This document shows positions 59,446-64,000 of a stretch of DNA of 64,000 nucleotides, one piece after another; position 1 is the first letter of the stretch, and each line of letters opens with the position of its first letter. The DNA comes from a virus. The notes below the pieces were generated by a model that had not been told where the DNA came from, did no database searches, and was given only the letters and a program-made list of their open reading frames with translations. The stretch spans positions 13,168 to 77,167 of IMG/VR virus record IMGVR_UViG_3300021387_000118, one strand, 5' to 3'. Made by a program: the position numbers and the translations under genes.

Positions 59446-62400
59446 TCATCTGACCTGTATTAGCAACATAATGGCATTGTTATTATGTTCTATACAGAGG
59501 GCATTTCTCCTACGACTTTTACCCTTGCCATTAATTTGTAGGAATATTCCTGCCGCTGCGCCCATTAATGTATTAAGATGACCAAACGCACCACCAAGAT
59601 CATTAAGTAAATTTAATAATTGAGTTCCAAGATCAATAAATCCCTTAATCCAGGATGAATCAATTGCTGATGCCGTTAATTCTTGAAGCGCATTTTGAAA
59701 TTGTGCAGCTTTACCTTGAATAGAATCAAGATATTTGTCTAATTCTTGTTGTGCTGAACCTTCTGAATTTAATGATGCTTCATATACCTCTTGTAATGTT
59801 TCAAAGTTGTCAAGAATCGAACTTGCCGCTGCAGCCCTTGTCTTACCAGCTATCGTTTCAAGCAAGAAAGACTATCTATTAGTTCCCATCTTTTTGTCTT
59901 CTTCGCCAATCTCTTTCCAAACTGATGCAATTCCTTTTAACATTTCATATGTTGTTTTATAGTTTCCGTTTTCATCAAGAATATCAAATCCCTGATAATT
60001 ATTGGCACTAACTTTAGTTGCATCCATGATTGTCGATCTTAATTTTGATTGTGTTGTTATAAGACCATCGATTTCTTCTCCGGCTTCTTGCATGTCTTCT
60101 ATGGAAGTTCCTGTTAATCTTAAGGCAATAGTACGAAGCGATTGACCAACCATTTGCGGGTTCTGAAGAACCTGATTTCCGGCTACTGTCAATGCGATGC
60201 TTTCGTCTATTGAATTTCCCGCAACCTTAAGTGTTCCGGCTGATCTTTGTAACGATTCTGCTAATTCGCTAGTTGAAATGCTAAAGTTATTACCTATGTT
60301 GTTCAGTTTATCAATGATATCAATTTTATCTAATTCCTGATAAGCTTGACTCATTGCCACCAGTGATTCTGTTGCAGTATTAATATCTTGAAACTCTGAT
60401 ACGTTGAGCAGAACAGTAGAGTATTCTGCACTTTTGCTTGCTTCTTTTAAATCCTCACCTAAGCGCATCCAATCGGCAGTACTAGCTGAAATCTATGCCG
60501 CAGTTGTTCCAACTCTATCTGCTATATCAAACGTTTCAAATTGATATTCTTGTAATGTTTGTAAACTTTCATCTGATACTTTTCTCATCTCTGTAAGTTG
60601 CGTATCAAGTTCTGTTACTGTTTGAATTGCTTCACGTCCATAACGAATAAAATCCTGGAAACTGAGATAATACGTCGCAAGACTAGTCATTGTGTTTTTG
60701 AATTGATCTTTGAAACGGTCACCGAGAGATTTGCCGAGAAGACCACGTTTTGCAGCATCTTCTTGTATTTTCTAAAATCTCGCAGTCCAATCTTGTGCAG
60801 CCCCCTTACTGCCAACCTATGATATGTCATCTTTTAATTGTTCAAGAGCTTCACTAAATTCTTTCGCGGCAATTTTATTCTGATTCATCCATTTCGCCAG
60901 ATCTGCGCCAGCCTTGGCCTACCAATCTCTTCCTACATCCTAAAAATCGATACTTTTGCTTACATCTTGATATGTTTTTCTTATTTCAAGTATCTATTGT
61001 TTAAAATCCTCTAATCCTTTCTCATCTATTATATCTGATGGATTTAAAGCCGTAAGCGAATCTTCTATTTTTTTTACTCTATCATCCCATCCATCCGCTC
61101 GCCATTCCGACTAACCTTTCATTTTATCTACACGATTAGCCATATCATTATACAATTTAGTGGCTTCGGCATTAATCGCGTTTTGTTTTAACATCTCTTC
61201 AGTATTCGTAGTAGATGCATTTTTTAATTCTTCTCTTGCTTGTACTTGTTTCTTTGACAAATTAAGACCTTCTGCTAAATCATCGTTCCAGCTCTATTCA
61301 ATACTTCTAATCTCTGTCATTAGAGATGCCATTTTTTGGAACTACTCATTTGTTAACGCAGTATTGCCAACTATATCTCCATTATCGTTTCGTTTCCATT
61401 CGCCACTTAATGCCTATTGATAAATTTTCTAATATTCGGCCCTGTCATTAGCATATTGATTTAATGTCTATCTTGTATTTTGTGCCTACATTTTCTTAAA
61501 TACAGACTTATATTTTGCTGATTGCGTCGGATCATTAAAAGAATCTTCGGCGCGAGTCCAACGATTCTACATTTGATTCGAAATATTACCATTAAATTTA
61601 TCAGTAACTTTATCGAGTGCTTCGCCAGCAGAAATAGCTGCTTCTTTTGCATCATTTAAATCTTGAACAAGCTTTGAATCTCCCTTTCCCCCAGACGCAT
61701 CCAATTTTGCTTGCAATTCAGCTACTTTGTCTGTAGCGTTTTCAAATGCAATAATAGCACTTTCTACTTCTTTAACAGATTTTTGATTAAAATTGTATTC
61801 ATCCTATGTATTTTTTAAATTCTGTTTTATAGTACGTAATTCATTCTAAAATCCAGTCATTGTATTTGAAGTAGCTTTGTCCTTAGATTTATTAAACCTA
61901 TCAATTAAATCGTTCAATTCCTTTTCAAGCTATTCTGTATCAGCATTTGATTCTTTCATGTCACGCAACGTTGATTGAAGATCGGTATTTAGTTTTGCCT
62001 TTGCTGCTTCTAAATTATCGGGACGAAGATTAGACGCTACTTTTTGATTTTTTTCAGCCTACTGAGCTGACAATCTATATTGCTTCAATAGATTATCTAA
62101 TTCTTGTCGCTCTACTTTATTTGTAGAACCCTTTGTACGTAATTCGCCAATTTTCTTCGTGACTGCATTATAAGCATCTTCAACCTTTTTCTTGTCTTCG
62201 CCTGAAAAATCATATGCACTACCATCAACATACTATTGCTTATATCTATTAAGTGTTGCTTCCTAACGACTTAATAACGCTTCTGTTTCTTCTATTGCCT
62301 TTTGCTTCAATTTTTCTCCGCTTGCAAAATCTTTTGCATCTTTTATGTCATTCTTTGCCTGATGCTTTTTCGTTTCGGCAGTAACTCTTTCATTAAATAA

Positions 62401-64000
62401 ATCAATTGAATAATTCCTATGTTCGTCAGCATAAGTTTTAGCCTATTCATTAATTGATCTTTGTTCTTCTTCAAGTAAATCAATATATTCTTTTATACTA
62501 CCAATTAACTTCTAATCTGGCGTGGAAGCTCTCTATGCTTCGTCAAGTGCCAACATCGCATCAGATAATTCGTTTGTAACACGAATAGCGTCACGTTCAA
62601 AAGAGAGGTAGTTAGTTGTTTCTGCACTAAATGGTTCCCAAGTTTTTTCTTTACGATTCCATTTTACACCTTCTTCATAAGTTCTACCACGTTCATCCTA
62701 ATATGTTTTAGATCGTTTACTTGGAGTTCTTTGCTCTTTGATGATTTTACCTTCTTTAGGAGACTAATCTGCATCACCAACCAAATTATCTTGCGCCTGT
62801 TTTTTTGCCGAATCACCTTCCTGTTTAATTCCCTCCGCAGCTTGTTTTGTTGCATCCGCTGTTTCTTTGGCAGAAGAGGCGACTTCATTATTTGCTCTTG
62901 TAAAATCAATTTTTGCGACAGCGGCAGTTTTCGCAGAATCTCCCTCGGTTTTAACACCTTCAGCAGCTTGTTTTGTTGCATCCGCTGTTTCTTTGGCAGC
63001 CTCGACAGTCTTTTCTTCTTGGTTAGTATCCTATCTATCACCTGTCTTTGATGCTTCTTCCTTCTTCTACTTTAATTCTTCTTCTGCCTTAGCAGCATCT
63101 TCCGCAGCTTGTTTTTCTTCTTTGTGCTGCTCAACCATAGGAGAGGAGGGCGGCTGCTGAACCCCAGATGCATCTGCGACTTTCTTTTCTGCTTCTGCAT
63201 GTTCTTCAGCGGCTTTAGCAGCTTGATGATGAGCATCAGCAGTCTCAGCGGCGGCATCTTTTTCAGCCTGTTTCCGCTTCTCTATTTCCGCTAATAAATC
63301 AACACCATATTTTTTGGCCTCATTTATGTAACTTTCTTGATCGGTTTCTATTATACGGCGATCTTCACTATCTGAAACACCAGGTCTTTTGGGAGGGTTC
63401 GATTTTTTCTCTTCAAGTCGTTGATACGCCTGTATTAAGCCCTCAACGATTTCCTACTCAGTCTTACCGGATTCAATTATCTATTTGCGACGCACAGCAT
63501 TTCTATCTGTATCCGCTCTCCATGGATCTCCATTTGCAATTGCAGCATCTTCAATCGCTTGAAACATTTCTTTTATTGCGTCCTCTGCCGACATCGAATC
63601 ATATTTAATTGCCTCAATCATCTCGTGATATTTAGCTTCTGTATCATCAAACGTCTTTGCAGAAACACCGTCCTCGAAATCTGGCATCGCTTTGTTAAAT
63701 GCATCAAGATTTGCTTGAATTTCAGGAGAAAACTAGATTTTTTGCCATTTCTAAGACGTTTCGTCAAACGCTACATCAAGGCGTTTCGCAACTTCCTCCA
63801 TACCTTTCATAGCATCTTCTGCACTAATCGCGCCAGAATTAATATCTTGGATATATTGCATATAAGCACGAGAGAGTGCCTCTGGTGGTTCTGTAGATTT
63901 TAATACGGATTTTGTCCAGGTGTTTTTAAAGTCATCAACGGTTGATGAAACTGGAGTTTCATCGGATAATTTACTTCTATATGATTCAATGCTTTCCTTA
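59446..64000 (-). CDS. Tail tape measure protein, TP901-family core region (partial; continues past the 3' window edge)
   Basis: Fragments 63481-63687, 60493-60690, 59872-60468 and 59446-59865 share one frame joined by TAGs. A continuous hand translation from about 62900 to 59446 has many TAGs and no TAA/TGA. The region DRFKDQFKNTMTSLATYY...LKVAGNSIDESIALTVAGNQVLQNPQMVGQSLRTIALRLTGT matches the TP901 tape-measure core. TGA at 59446. Confidence 0.65.

Noticed and set aside
59231-59449. 72-aa minus-strand ORF in the gap between the tape-measure stop and the DUF262 promoter
   Set aside because: It overlaps the tape-measure stop and has no RBS. The gap more likely holds the moron promoter; it is kept only as a low-probability small gene.
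13343-63903. Plus-strand ORFs inside the late region (13343-13589, 23057-23533, 29748-30143, 30255-30827, 34429-34956, 59270-59581, 63559-63903 and others)
   Set aside because: Antisense to well-supported minus-strand genes, no RBSs, and Ser/Ile/Cys-rich low-complexity translations. Considered spurious.

Overview
This AT-rich (~33% GC) window looks like part of a large temperate tailed-phage genome, probably from a low-GC Gram-positive-like host (AGGAGG-type RBSs; multi-domain amidase/glucosaminidase/CHAP lysins). Two blocks differ in genetic code.

Block 1 (1-7023, + strand, standard code): a class II B12-dependent ribonucleotide reductase (5'-truncated by the window edge), small membrane proteins, an SPFH/band-7 protein, a dUTPase, and a tyrosine integrase. 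The integrase is followed by an attP-like repeat region and a bidirectional terminator.

Block 2 (7392-64000, - strand): a contiguous late module whose genes carry frequent in-frame TAG codons. The six-frame track therefore fragments them, because a plus-strand CTA appears every ~50-150 codons. Read with TAG as sense and only TAA/TGA as stops, the fragments merge in single frames into coherent genes with good RBSs directly after real stops.

Merged genes in block 2 include:
- a lysis cassette: CHAP peptidase, an amidase_2+glucosaminidase endolysin, a holin-like protein, a membrane protein, and an HTH regulator with nearby palindromes and a hairpin cluster;
- a fiber/receptor-binding arsenal: Hep_Hag/YadA-like repeat fibers (one with a C-terminal esterase, plus a shorter paralog), a LamG-domain fiber, a ~1670-aa repeat-module fiber, and three paralogous small fiber genes;
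- giant genes: ~2780-aa receptor-binding/baseplate protein whose C-terminus resembles a DGR variable region, a ~1695-aa Tal-like protein with a peptidase-S74 chaperone C-terminus, a Dit-like gene, a ~3520-aa coiled-coil gene, and a TP901-family tape measure gene running off the 3' edge.

A DUF262 (ParB-like/GmrSD-type) gene has no in-frame TAG and has its own promoter and terminator. It sits as a moron between the tape-measure core gene and the downstream giant gene and may have split an ancestral tape measure.

There is also an apparent -1 frameshift in one structural gene. Coordinates of merged recoded genes are hand-derived and approximate (about +/-3 nt).
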